A DNA stretch of 64,000 nucleotides from a virus: IMG/VR virus record IMGVR_UViG_3300032315_000748, one strand, 5' to 3'. Both the position numbers and the translations under genes were made by a program. The notes under the pieces were generated by a model, which worked only from the letters and a program-made list of their open reading frames with translations, was not told the origin of the DNA and ran no database searches. Position 1 is the stretch's first letter. Each line of letters starts with the position of its first letter. Of this stretch, positions 50,720 to 60,134 are shown one piece after another.

Positions 50720-51280
50720 ATGGTAATTGATTTAAATTATTTTGTTCAAGTTTATGAAAATGCACTGGAAGAAAATATTTGTGATTTCTTAATTTCATTA
50801 TTTGATCAAGTTCCAGACAAACACGAGAGAGTAGAAAATGAAAGAAAACCAAACTTTACTCAATTCAATCTTACTGAAAATTGTAAAATTACGGAAGAAG
50901 TAAATACTGTTCATAATCATCTAATCAAAAAGACATTTGATTATCGTAATGAATATTATGATATGATTGATAAGAGAGTTTTTCCGGAAGAACACGCATT
51001 TGAACAATTTCGCATTAAGAGGTACAATAATGATGGCAACGATGAATTTGACACTCACGTAGATGTTATAGATCACGCAACATCAAGAAGATATTTGGCA
51101 TTCTTTTGGTATTTGAATGATGTAGAACAGGGAGGAGAAACTAAATTTGCTGATATGATTATACAACCAAAGAAAGGGAGTCTTCTTGTATTCCCTCCTC
51201 TTTGGATGTTTCCTCACGCAGGATTGCAACCAATAAGCAATCCAAAATATATTTTACACACGTATTTGCACTATAAGTAA
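50720..51280 (+). CDS. 2OG-Fe(II) oxygenase
   Basis: 'HVD', 'YLND...GGET.F', 'FP..W.FPH.G......K'. Confidence 0.88.
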   Translation: MVIDLNYFVQVYENALEENICDFLISLFDQVPDKHERVENERKPNFTQFNLTENCKITEEVNTVHNHLIKKTFDYRNEYYDMIDKRVFPEEHAFEQFRIKRYNNDGNDEFDTHVDVIDHATSRRYLAFFWYLNDVEQGGETKFADMIIQPKKGSLLVFPPLWMFPHAGLQPISNPKYILHTYLHYK

Positions 51281-52656
51281 TGGAAAAAGTCGAAACTACT
51301 ATTTTAAGAAATTTACTTTTTAATAATGATTATTGTAGAAAAGTATTACCATTTATTAAAAATGAATATTTTGAAAACCTTCACGAAAAAGTAGTTTTTG
51401 AAGAGATTTGTAAATTTATTGTTGCTTATGATGGTCTTGCGACAAAAGAAGTTCTTTTAATTGAAACTGAAAAAAGAACTGATATTACAGAAGATACTTA
51501 TAAAACAATTTGTGAATATGTTTCTAATTTAGATAATACTCCTGCTGATACGAATTGGGTTACTGATACTACAGAAAAATGGTGTCGTGATAGAGCAATC
51601 TATCTTGCACTTATGGAAAGCATTAAAATTGCTGACGGGCAAGATGACAAGAAGAATAGAGATGCAATTCCAACTATTCTTCAAGAAGCACTTGCTATTT
51701 CTTTTGATGACCATATTGGCCATGATTATCTAAACGATTATGAGGACAGATTTGATTCTTATCACAGAAAAGAAGATAAAATTTCTTTTGATTTGGAATA
51801 TTTTAACAAAATTACCAAAGGTGGTATTCCCAATAAAACACTCAATATTGCTTTAGCTGGAACTGGTGTGGGAAAATCTCTGTTTATGTGTCATTTTGCT
51901 GCATCAGTTCTTCTTCAAGGAAAGAATGTTTTATACATTACACTTGAAATGGCAGAGGAAAAGATTGCTGAAAGAATTGACGCAAATCTTCTAAACATTA
52001 ATATTAAAGACATTGAAACATTACCTAAAATGATGTTTGACTCAAAAATAAATAGTATTGCGAAGAAGACTCAAGGAACTTTAATTATTAAAGAGTATCC
52101 AACTGCTTCCGCACACGCAGGACATTTCAGAGCACTTCTAAATGAACTTTCTCTTAAGAAATCATTCAGACCTGATATTATTTTTATTGACTACCTTAAT
52201 ATTTGTGGCTCCTCAAGATATAAGAGTAATTTTTCAGTTAATTCTTATTCATATATTAAAGCAATTGCAGAAGAACTTCGTGGTCTTGCAGTTGAAGCAA
52301 ATGTTCCAATTGTTTCCGCTACTCAAACTACTCGTAGTGGTTTTTCTAGCTCTGATCCTGATCTTACTGATACTTCTGAATCCTTTGGTCTCCCTGCTAC
52401 TGCTGATCTTATGTTTGCCCTTATTAGCACAGAAGAGTTGGAACAACTCGGGCAGATTATGGTAAAACAATTGAAGAATAGATACAATGACCCAACAATG
52501 AATAAAAGATTTGTAGTTGGTATTGACCGTGCGAAGATGAGATTATTTGATGTAGAGCAAAGTGCTCAAACCGATATACTTGACTCTGGACAAGAAGAAG
52601 AGTATACTTATGAAGAAGATAAACCCAAAAAACAATTCTCTGGATTTAAATTTTAA
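51280..52656 (+). CDS. gp41: Replicative helicase gp41
   Basis: 'LAGTGVGKS', 'ITLEM', 'IDYLNI', 'SESFGLP', 'KNRY'. Confidence 0.96.
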   Translation: MEKVETTILRNLLFNNDYCRKVLPFIKNEYFENLHEKVVFEEICKFIVAYDGLATKEVLLIETEKRTDITEDTYKTICEYVSNLDNTPADTNWVTDTTEKWCRDRAIYLALMESIKIADGQDDKKNRDAIPTILQEALAISFDDHIGHDYLNDYEDRFDSYHRKEDKISFDLEYFNKITKGGIPNKTLNIALAGTGVGKSLFMCHFAASVLLQGKNVLYITLEMAEEKIAERIDANLLNINIKDIETLPKMMFDSKINSIAKKTQGTLIIKEYPTASAHAGHFRALLNELSLKKSFRPDIIFIDYLNICGSSRYKSNFSVNSYSYIKAIAEELRGLAVEANVPIVSATQTTRSGFSSSDPDLTDTSESFGLPATADLMFALISTEELEQLGQIMVKQLKNRYNDPTMNKRFVVGIDRAKMRLFDVEQSAQTDILDSGQEEEYTYEEDKPKKQFSGFKF

Positions 52657-53066
52657 TGACTAAAAAAATTGACTTTTCAAAATATCAAAATTTTGTAGAT
52701 GTAGTAACTTCTGATGCATCTAAAGACTTTCTTGCTCTTTCTGACCGTATGGTAGAACTTGATGAGAAGGGTGCTAATATTGAAAGACTTTTGACTGCTG
52801 GTGTTGGCATTAATGCCGAAGGTGGTGAATTTCTTGAGATTGTAAAGAAAATGCTATTTCAGGGAAAACCTTGGAATGACGAAACCCGTACTCACCTGAT
52901 TAAAGAACTTGGAGATACGATGTGGTATGTTGCCCAAGCTTGCATTGCTCTTGAAGTTTCTTTTGATGAAGTAATTCAAACCAATATTGACAAGCTAATG
53001 AAGCGTTATCCAGAAGGTTACTTTGATGCTTACTACAGCGAAAATCGTGAAGTGGGAGACATTTGA
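52656..53066 (+). CDS. mazG: MazG-like nucleotide pyrophosphohydrolase
   Basis: 'EGGEFLEIVKK', 'ELGDTMWY', 'N.DKL.KRYP'. Confidence 0.9.
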   Translation: MTKKIDFSKYQNFVDVVTSDASKDFLALSDRMVELDEKGANIERLLTAGVGINAEGGEFLEIVKKMLFQGKPWNDETRTHLIKELGDTMWYVAQACIALEVSFDEVIQTNIDKLMKRYPEGYFDAYYSENREVGDI

Positions 53067-53230
53067 TGAATGCTTCAACTTGACCATATAATCATAGACA
53101 TTCTTCGGAATTGTGGGACATTACTGCTGAAATTCTTACAGAACTTTCCAGAAGGGATGGAGTTCGGTATCAAGTGAAAGCAACACCAGAATCTATAAAG
53201 AAAAAATTGGAGAATTTGAAGAACAAGTAA
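53066..53230 (+). pseudogene. Small ORF interrupted by an in-frame TGA at codon 6
   Basis: MNAST*PYNHRHSSELWDITAEILTELSRRDGVRYQVKATPESIKKKLENLKNK; starts by TGATG overlap with mazG. Confidence 0.4.
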
Positions 53231-53241
53231 AATAATAATTT

Positions 53242-53280
53242 AATCCCCCCTCTTTCTAAATATAAGAAAGAGGGGGGATT
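53242..53280 (+). promoter_or_regulatory. Perfect 16-bp inverted repeat with late promoter TAAATA in its loop, covering the downstream RBS
   Basis: aatcccccctctttct-aaatata-agaaagaggggggatt, ending 6 nt before ATG 53287. Confidence 0.8.
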
Positions 53281-53286
53281 TCTTAT

Positions 53287-54354
53287 ATGGCAAATATCGT
53301 AAGACGTGTTCCTATAGATCCATATAAGGTTCAGGGATTGGTTGAAAAAATTGTAAGTAAAAAAGATAATTTGATTTACAAAAAAAATGAAACGATTTAT
53401 ATAATTCCCAAAGATTTAAATAACGGTCCATATATACACAAACTTATATACGAAAAATTAGTTTCTGAGTTTCCAATATCAGAATTTAAAGAATGGACTG
53501 ATGGAGATATAAAAAAAATAAGATCAGTTTCTAATGGAAAGGGTGGAGTTTATACTCAATGCCCCAAGAAAAAAAATCCATCTGTGTTGGGTGCTGGTAG
53601 AGCATATGAATTATATTTTTACTCTGTTATAATGGATGGATTGGTAGATATTAAAGATTTGAGGAAAAAATGGCAAGATATTCCCAATTCAATATTTAAT
53701 ATGTACAATAACTTAACTGTAGTCGTAACATCTAAATCTAAACGTTTTCCTATTGGTCCAATCATATCAGTTGATGATGTAGCAGGAAAAAATGAAAAAT
53801 CAGACATAACAATAACTACTTTGCCCAAAAACGGAAAAAATAAATTTAAAATATCTCTAAAACAATCTAATTTTTTCTCTTGGGGAAGTGCCGGAACTTT
53901 TAATGAAAAACATTCCGCTAGAGCCAAAAAAATATTATTGCAAGCAATTTCTCAAGAAATAGTATCATTAGACACTAATGATGAAAATAGAGTAATATTC
54001 CCATCTGGAATGATGGGTTTGAGATGTCCCGCTACAGATGATGAAATTAATTATTATTGCTTTGGAAGTGGCGACAATACTGCGGATTATATAATTATAA
54101 ATGCTAAAGGGGCAAAATATGATAATCCACAATTAATACATATGGAAGCAGAAAGGGTATATAAAAGAGGCAAGCAATCTGATTTAAATGAACTTCGTTC
54201 TGATGTTTATTTGGTAGTATATGAAAGTAAATCAAATTCTACTGCTTTGAGTCCATATAAAAATTTATCAGTTCAATTTGTCAATAAAAAACACGCTTAT
54301 AATGGAGATATTAAAACTAAGAAAAAATACATACCAATTGATTTTAAAGATTGA
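53287..54354 (+). CDS. Putative PD-(D/E)XK restriction-endonuclease-like protein
   Basis: 'GRAYE' helix, then 'KSDITI...KISLK' (D...SxK variant); Lys-rich. Confidence 0.55.
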   Translation: MANIVRRVPIDPYKVQGLVEKIVSKKDNLIYKKNETIYIIPKDLNNGPYIHKLIYEKLVSEFPISEFKEWTDGDIKKIRSVSNGKGGVYTQCPKKKNPSVLGAGRAYELYFYSVIMDGLVDIKDLRKKWQDIPNSIFNMYNNLTVVVTSKSKRFPIGPIISVDDVAGKNEKSDITITTLPKNGKNKFKISLKQSNFFSWGSAGTFNEKHSARAKKILLQAISQEIVSLDTNDENRVIFPSGMMGLRCPATDDEINYYCFGSGDNTADYIIINAKGAKYDNPQLIHMEAERVYKRGKQSDLNELRSDVYLVVYESKSNSTALSPYKNLSVQFVNKKHAYNGDIKTKKKYIPIDFKD

Positions 54355-54378
54355 ATAAATAATTAAAAACCAATATAA

Positions 54379-55572
54379 ATGAAGACTTTTGTCCAGTTCA
54401 TAATAGAAGCACGAACTACTGCCGCATCCACGGAAGCAAAAAATCGTGGTCTTAAAAGTGATGCCCACGGAGATTATTACGATAATCAAGGAAATCTTGT
54501 AGCAAAGACTGTTGGAGGAAAGTTGCAGTATTTTGGTCAAGGTGGTGCCGGAGCACAACAGCAGCAACAAACACAACAAAAGACTTCACAGACCGCACCA
54601 CAACAAACTGCGCCACAGCAGACTCAAACTGCACCACAGGAAGAGCAACAAGAACCAAATGGTGCAGTAATTGTATTGGGAAGATTCAATCCGCCATCCA
54701 AAAATCACGAAGCACTTTTGAGAGCAGGATATTCGCAAGCAAATAGAAGAAAATTTGAATATCGCATATACCCAAGTCGTATTCAGGATGATGCTACAAA
54801 TCCATTGAATGTAAGACTTAAAGTTTCTTATATGCAATCAATGTATCCACAATATGCAGAATATATTGTGGATAGTGATAAAATGAAAACAATATTTGAT
54901 GTTCTTGAATCTTTATATGGTGATGGATATACCGATGTAGTTATTGTGGTTGGACAAGATAGACTTGGAGAGTTTCAAAGTTTGGCACATAAAGGCGAAG
55001 GAGAAGCATATCAATTCAATACCATTCAGGTAATTTCTGCTGGTGTGAAAGATCCAGATAGTGATGTTGGAGGTGCTGGTTCTTCTGCGATGATGAGAAC
55101 TGCTGCTGCTATGGGAGACTTTGAAAAGTTTTCAAGTGGCCTTCCCGCTACTATGAAGATTAGTGAAAGAAAAGAAATGTTTAATACTATAAAAAGGTCT
55201 ATGAAGGTAAATGAAAATACTGAATTATGGAAAATAGCGCCTGAACTTGATTATAATGGAATGAGATGGAACTATAAGAAAAATGGATTATTTGAGGTGG
55301 GAGCATTCGTTGAAAATTTAAATACTGGATTAATTGGAAGAATACTTCGCAAGGGGTCAAATCATCTTATCTGTGTAACGGAAGATGGAGTAATGTTTAA
55401 GAGTTGGTTAAGAGATTTGAGAGAAGTTCAAGAGATTGGGACTTGTGATTATAGAGCACACGCACAATCAATAACACCCGGACAACCTGTTGTTTCTTAT
55501 ACAGATACTGAAGTTAAAATAACAATGCCAAAGAAAAAGATAAATACTAAAAGAAATAGTGCGCTTAAGTAA
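54379..55572 (+). CDS. Cytidylyltransferase-like (HIGH superfamily) protein with capsid-targeting-like leader
   Basis: 'GRFNPPSKNH', 'VVGQDR', 'SSAMMR.AA' core; MKTFVQFIIE leader; Gln-rich QTAPQ linker. Confidence 0.8.
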   Translation: MKTFVQFIIEARTTAASTEAKNRGLKSDAHGDYYDNQGNLVAKTVGGKLQYFGQGGAGAQQQQQTQQKTSQTAPQQTAPQQTQTAPQEEQQEPNGAVIVLGRFNPPSKNHEALLRAGYSQANRRKFEYRIYPSRIQDDATNPLNVRLKVSYMQSMYPQYAEYIVDSDKMKTIFDVLESLYGDGYTDVVIVVGQDRLGEFQSLAHKGEGEAYQFNTIQVISAGVKDPDSDVGGAGSSAMMRTAAAMGDFEKFSSGLPATMKISERKEMFNTIKRSMKVNENTELWKIAPELDYNGMRWNYKKNGLFEVGAFVENLNTGLIGRILRKGSNHLICVTEDGVMFKSWLRDLREVQEIGTCDYRAHAQSITPGQPVVSYTDTEVKITMPKKKINTKRNSALK

Positions 55573-55576
55573 AAAA

Positions 55577-57418
55577 ATGAAGACTTGGAAAGAAATCATT
55601 ACAGAAGCAGAATCAAGAATACAGAAACAACGTAGAATTGAAGTAGAGAAACTTGCCGATACAGATCCAGATTTTGAAGGAAGTAAAAGACTTCAAAGTA
55701 AAGGAAACAGAACAAAATATATAGAAAAAAAGAAATCTGACTATCAAGATTATTTGGACAGACAACTTGCATTTAAAACGCAAAAATATGAAGACCAAAA
55801 GAAAGCACAAATTGAAAGATTAAGAAAAAAAGGAGTAGAGGGACACGCAGCAGCAGCAAAAGCATCTCTTTCTGGTATTAAAACTCAACAGATTAGTAGT
55901 GATGATAAAGAAGGAACTGCATATTCCAAAGCAATGGGAAATGTAGGGTCTGCTGCTGCTGGCGTTGCTGGTGCGGCTATTCATGGTGTAAAGTTGTTGG
56001 CTGCGAAAAGAAAAGCAGAAGCAGCAGCAAAGGCAGCAAAAGAAGCACAACCAGAAAAGAAAGAGCCAGGAGCACCTGGAAGACCACCACGAGCAAAAAC
56101 AACTACACCAGCATCTACACCAAAAACTACTACATCAACCGCACTAGCAACTAGACCTGCTCCTCCTATGGCGGCCAATAAAAGAAAAATGCTTCCTGCT
56201 TCAAGTCAAGGCGGAACAAGAGTAGGGCAACCAGCACCACGACCCGCTTTGCCTGGGCAAGGTATGAACCAGAAAAAACTTTCTTCCGCAAAAACAATTG
56301 GACAACCAGCACCCCAAAGACCTGCTCTTCCTATGGCAGTTGATAAAAGAAAGATGCTTCCTGCCTCAAGTCAAGGTGGAACAAGAGTAGGACAATCTGC
56401 TACTGGAACAAGACCACAACTTCCAGGAAGTCAAAAGAGAAAGGCAATTCAAGCAGGAACTTATAAACCAATCAAATCTGTCAATGAAAAATATTCCAAT
56501 TGGAGGGAAGAGTTTTTGTTTGAAATTGATGATTTTGGATTAAAAGATAACAAAAAAGAAAAAGGAGAGAAAAAGATTATTGACGTGATGAAAGGAAAGA
56601 ATAAGATTGATATTAATCCAAATGAAACTTCGGTTAAAGAAGAGGTGTCTGGTGTGGATACTCAACAAAATCCAAATCAAGCAAATGATTTAGAAAAAAA
56701 ACAAAAAGCAATACAAAGACAAATCTTATTGAAAAAAATACAGTCATTATCTGTTCCTGGTCCAACTGATATTACTGCATCTTATGACCCAAGAATTGAA
56801 GAGGCATATAAAGACGAAGAAGGCGGAATGTCCCGCAATGAACTTTCTACTGTGGAAAGAGCAATCAAATCTCTTCGTAAAAAAATAAAGTCTAATAATC
56901 AACAGTTGCCTGCTTGGGTCCAATCTAAAATCACAAAAGCAGCAGACTATATTGATACTGCTGCAGATTATATGTCAGGTGAAACTGAACAAGTTAAAGA
57001 AGCATATGATGATGACAATGAAACTTTCCGTCAGCATTCTCGTGAGAGATTTACTGCTGGTCCTGCTGATGATGATAGAGCACAAAGAACTTCTAGAATT
57101 CTTCAAAGAATGAAAGAAATGAATAAAGATGCTGAACCAAAGAAAAAGAAAAAGAAAAAAAAAATTAAACTAGAAGAAGAAGGTCCAGTATTATCTGTTG
57201 GAAGAGGTGAAAAACTTTCAGTAGAAAGGGGTGGAGGACTTACTCAAAAAGGTAGGGATAAATACAATCGTGCTACTGGTTCAAATCTTCAAGCACCAGT
57301 TACTGGTGATGTAAAACCAGGAAGTAAAGCAGCACAACGCCGTAAGAATTTCTGTTCTCGTAGTAGAAGTTGGAAGGGTGAAAGAGGTTTAGCAGCAAGA
57401 AGACGTTGGAAGTGTTAG
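55577..57418 (+). CDS. Modular basic hypothetical protein, candidate capsid-internal polyprotein
   Basis: TAAATA at 55541-55546; MKTWKEIITE start; internal repeats; Glu-delimited modules. Confidence 0.75.
   Translation: MKTWKEIITEAESRIQKQRRIEVEKLADTDPDFEGSKRLQSKGNRTKYIEKKKSDYQDYLDRQLAFKTQKYEDQKKAQIERLRKKGVEGHAAAAKASLSGIKTQQISSDDKEGTAYSKAMGNVGSAAAGVAGAAIHGVKLLAAKRKAEAAAKAAKEAQPEKKEPGAPGRPPRAKTTTPASTPKTTTSTALATRPAPPMAANKRKMLPASSQGGTRVGQPAPRPALPGQGMNQKKLSSAKTIGQPAPQRPALPMAVDKRKMLPASSQGGTRVGQSATGTRPQLPGSQKRKAIQAGTYKPIKSVNEKYSNWREEFLFEIDDFGLKDNKKEKGEKKIIDVMKGKNKIDINPNETSVKEEVSGVDTQQNPNQANDLEKKQKAIQRQILLKKIQSLSVPGPTDITASYDPRIEEAYKDEEGGMSRNELSTVERAIKSLRKKIKSNNQQLPAWVQSKITKAADYIDTAADYMSGETEQVKEAYDDDNETFRQHSRERFTAGPADDDRAQRTSRILQRMKEMNKDAEPKKKKKKKKIKLEEEGPVLSVGRGEKLSVERGGGLTQKGRDKYNRATGSNLQAPVTGDVKPGSKAAQRRKNFCSRSRSWKGERGLAARRRWKC
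56152..56395 (+). repeat. Imperfect ~80-bp direct repeat encoding RPA.PMA..KRKMLPASSQGGTRVGQ
   Basis: Copies at about 56152-56230 and 56318-56395, differing mostly at synonymous sites. Confidence 0.85.
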
Positions 57419-57419
57419 T

Positions 57420-58418
57420 ATGTCCCAAGAATTGAATGATTTCTTTAAATTATTAGCAGAGGATAAAAAACAGAAAAAAGAAGAATTCAATTCCATAGTG
57501 GGAGACTTGGGATTGAATTCTCTTTTTGGTGAATTTGCTGCGATTAAAAAAGAACAAAAAGAAAAGAAAATAGAAGAGAAGAGAGAACAAGAGTCTATTG
57601 TTGGTGAAATTAGTTTAGATTCTATTTTTGAAGAAGTTACTAATTTAAAGAAAGAAACTAAAAAGAAAAAAGTACAAGAACAAAAGACCGTAAAGGCATT
57701 TGAGAAGTGGTTGTATTCAGAGACACCCAAAGAACAAGAACAGATTATTGATGATGTAATTGAAGAATCTTTGGATGAAGTTCTTGAAGTTCTTGAAGAG
57801 CATAAAGAAGAACTAAAAGAACCAACACTTATTGAAAGATCATTGGGACTTCTTGCCGAACCTTCAAATGTTAAAGTTCAACAAGATCCAATTACCCCAT
57901 TAGATCAAAAGTTCGCAACACTTGATGACTTACATAAGCATTACAGTACTTTCCTTTCTCGTATTCAACAACAACTCTCCACATTAGGTGGTGGTGGAGA
58001 AACTCGTCTAAGATACTTAGATGATGTCGTAGGTATTGCAACAAATTCTGGTGCTTATAATAATAAATTTTTACAATGGAATTCTACAACGAATAAAGCA
58101 GAGTTTGTTGACCCAAATGATGTTGGTGGAACAACAATAGTCAATATTAGTGGAACTACTAACTACTATCAGGCATCAAATGTTGATGATTATATTGGTG
58201 TAAATGCAAATGTTCCAGTAACAATAGTCCTTCCAACATCTCCAAATACTGGCAAAAAACTTATCGTAAAAGACGAGGGTAATAAGATTGCTACATACAA
58301 TATAACAGTCCAGGCAGGTGCTGGAACAAGTGTAGAGAATGATAGTTCAGTTATTATGACTATCAATCATCAAAGTTTTACTTATTTTTACAATGGTTCT
58401 AATTGGTTCTTAATCTAA
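57420..58418 (+). CDS. Hypothetical protein: charged coiled coil plus fibre/baseplate-like C-terminus
   Basis: 'STLGGGGETRLRYLDDV' and 'TIVLP.SP..G....VKDE' motifs. Confidence 0.7.
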   Translation: MSQELNDFFKLLAEDKKQKKEEFNSIVGDLGLNSLFGEFAAIKKEQKEKKIEEKREQESIVGEISLDSIFEEVTNLKKETKKKKVQEQKTVKAFEKWLYSETPKEQEQIIDDVIEESLDEVLEVLEEHKEELKEPTLIERSLGLLAEPSNVKVQQDPITPLDQKFATLDDLHKHYSTFLSRIQQQLSTLGGGGETRLRYLDDVVGIATNSGAYNNKFLQWNSTTNKAEFVDPNDVGGTTIVNISGTTNYYQASNVDDYIGVNANVPVTIVLPTSPNTGKKLIVKDEGNKIATYNITVQAGAGTSVENDSSVIMTINHQSFTYFYNGSNWFLI

Positions 58419-58419
58419 T

Positions 58420-60129
58420 ATGTCTTATAATCCTCTTCCCCAACCAGCACAATCCGTAGTTCTTACAGGTGCTGGAACATCATTAGTTACTTATGCTAAT
58501 CCATTTCCAGTATCTCTTGGAAGTTCAAGTATTACAATTAATGGAAGCATTACAATTCCAACAACTGTAAGTGTTGCAAGTTCTCCTGCAAATCCAGTTC
58601 ATACTCATATTACTCAAATTGGTTCAAGTGGTCTTTTGGAAGATGAAAGTATTCCTTATATGCCCGTTGGCATTGGAACTAATAATTTAAATCTTACATA
58701 TCTTCCAGTTGGTATTTCCACATTACTGAATACTGTATCAATCTCCAATACAAGTTTTTATATCCTAAATCCAGTTACAACAGTCGCAGTATCAGGTATT
58801 GGTTCTACTGTTACAGTTCAAGGAACAGTAGGAATTGGAACAACGGGGCAAGTATCAATCAACCTCAACAATTCACCAGTCAGCACCACAAATCCATTTC
58901 CGGTTACAGGAACTGTTGATATTGAATTACCACCAATAGCAACTGATGCATTTGGTCGTTTAAGAACTTCAACTCCACTCACACTTTTTGATAGTTCCCA
59001 CAGATACAGGGACAATAATCTTTGGAGTAGTTTAGTTGTAGGAACTGGTTCTACAGTTGGATTTGTAACAACACAAGGTTTAATCAATATTGGTATAGGA
59101 ACTACTGCTGGATGTTCTGTGATTAGGGAAACCACAAAAGTATTCTCTTATCAACCAGGAAAATCATTACAGGTATTGAATACATTTATAATGAACCCAG
59201 CAAAAGCAAATCTTCGTCAAAGAGTAGGATACTTTGGTGCAGATAATGGAATGTATCTGGAACTTGATGGAAGCACTTTATATTTTGTGGAAAGAAGTTT
59301 ATCTACTGGAACAACAACAAGAGTTGCACAAAACAACTGGAATATTGATACGATGCTTGGTGCAGGGCATCTCAATCCATCTGGTGTTACATTAGATATT
59401 TCCAAAGCACAAATTTTGTGGATGGATATTGAATGGTTGGGACTTGGAACAGTTAGATTGGGTTTTGTAGTTGATGGGAAGTTTATTCACTGCCATTCAT
59501 TCCATCACGCAAACTTAATTGAATCAACTTATATTACAACGGCATCATTACCAGTTAGATATGAGATTGCAAATACTGGAATTACAACAAGTTCAAGCAC
59601 ACTGAAACAAGTTTGTTCTAGTGTAATTTCAGAGGGTGGTTATGAACTTCGTGGAATACAGCAGGCAGTTGGTATACCAATCAATTCTCCAAGAACATTA
59701 GGAACTGCGGGAACATTTTATCCTGTAATATCTTTGCGTCTCAAAGCATCACCAAATCGTTTGGATGCTATTGTAATTCTCACGGCACTTTCTATAATGC
59801 CAATTAGCACTGGTAATTTTAATTGGCAGGTTATAGCATCTGAAACTACTACTGGTGGTGCTTGGGTAAGTGCTGGTACTGATAGTGCTGTTGAATATAA
59901 TATTACTGGAACTTCTGCTGCTGGGGGAAGAATACTAGCAAGTGGATTTTTTAATGCATCAAATCAAGGAGCAAGTCAAGTTGATATTCTGAAAGAAGCA
60001 TTATTTAAGTTTCAGTTAGAAAGAAATGGATTAACTTCAACTCCTTATGAACTTACACTTGTGGTTGCTTCTGATAGTAGTAATGATACTGTTGTTGCTT
60101 CTTTGGACTGGGAAGAGATTAGTAGGTAA
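58420..60129 (+). CDS. Putative virion structural protein
   Basis: 'NPFPV' repeats, 'DAFGRLRTS.P.TLFD', 'YQPGKS', 'EWLGLGTVR.GF'. Confidence 0.7.
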   Translation: MSYNPLPQPAQSVVLTGAGTSLVTYANPFPVSLGSSSITINGSITIPTTVSVASSPANPVHTHITQIGSSGLLEDESIPYMPVGIGTNNLNLTYLPVGISTLLNTVSISNTSFYILNPVTTVAVSGIGSTVTVQGTVGIGTTGQVSINLNNSPVSTTNPFPVTGTVDIELPPIATDAFGRLRTSTPLTLFDSSHRYRDNNLWSSLVVGTGSTVGFVTTQGLINIGIGTTAGCSVIRETTKVFSYQPGKSLQVLNTFIMNPAKANLRQRVGYFGADNGMYLELDGSTLYFVERSLSTGTTTRVAQNNWNIDTMLGAGHLNPSGVTLDISKAQILWMDIEWLGLGTVRLGFVVDGKFIHCHSFHHANLIESTYITTASLPVRYEIANTGITTSSSTLKQVCSSVISEGGYELRGIQQAVGIPINSPRTLGTAGTFYPVISLRLKASPNRLDAIVILTALSIMPISTGNFNWQVIASETTTGGAWVSAGTDSAVEYNITGTSAAGGRILASGFFNASNQGASQVDILKEALFKFQLERNGLTSTPYELTLVVASDSSNDTVVASLDWEEISR

Positions 60130-60134
60130 TTTTT

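Noticed and set aside
53070-53177. 35-aa alternative-frame ORF (MLQLDHIII...) after mazG
   Set aside because: Short, no motif, leaves the gap partly unfilled; cannot be excluded but is less protein-like than the TGA-interrupted frame
54555-54650. Short CAA/ACTGCACCA repeats considered as CRISPR-like or VNTR
   Set aside because: Imperfect in-frame repeats encoding a QTAPQ linker; no spacers and no cas genes
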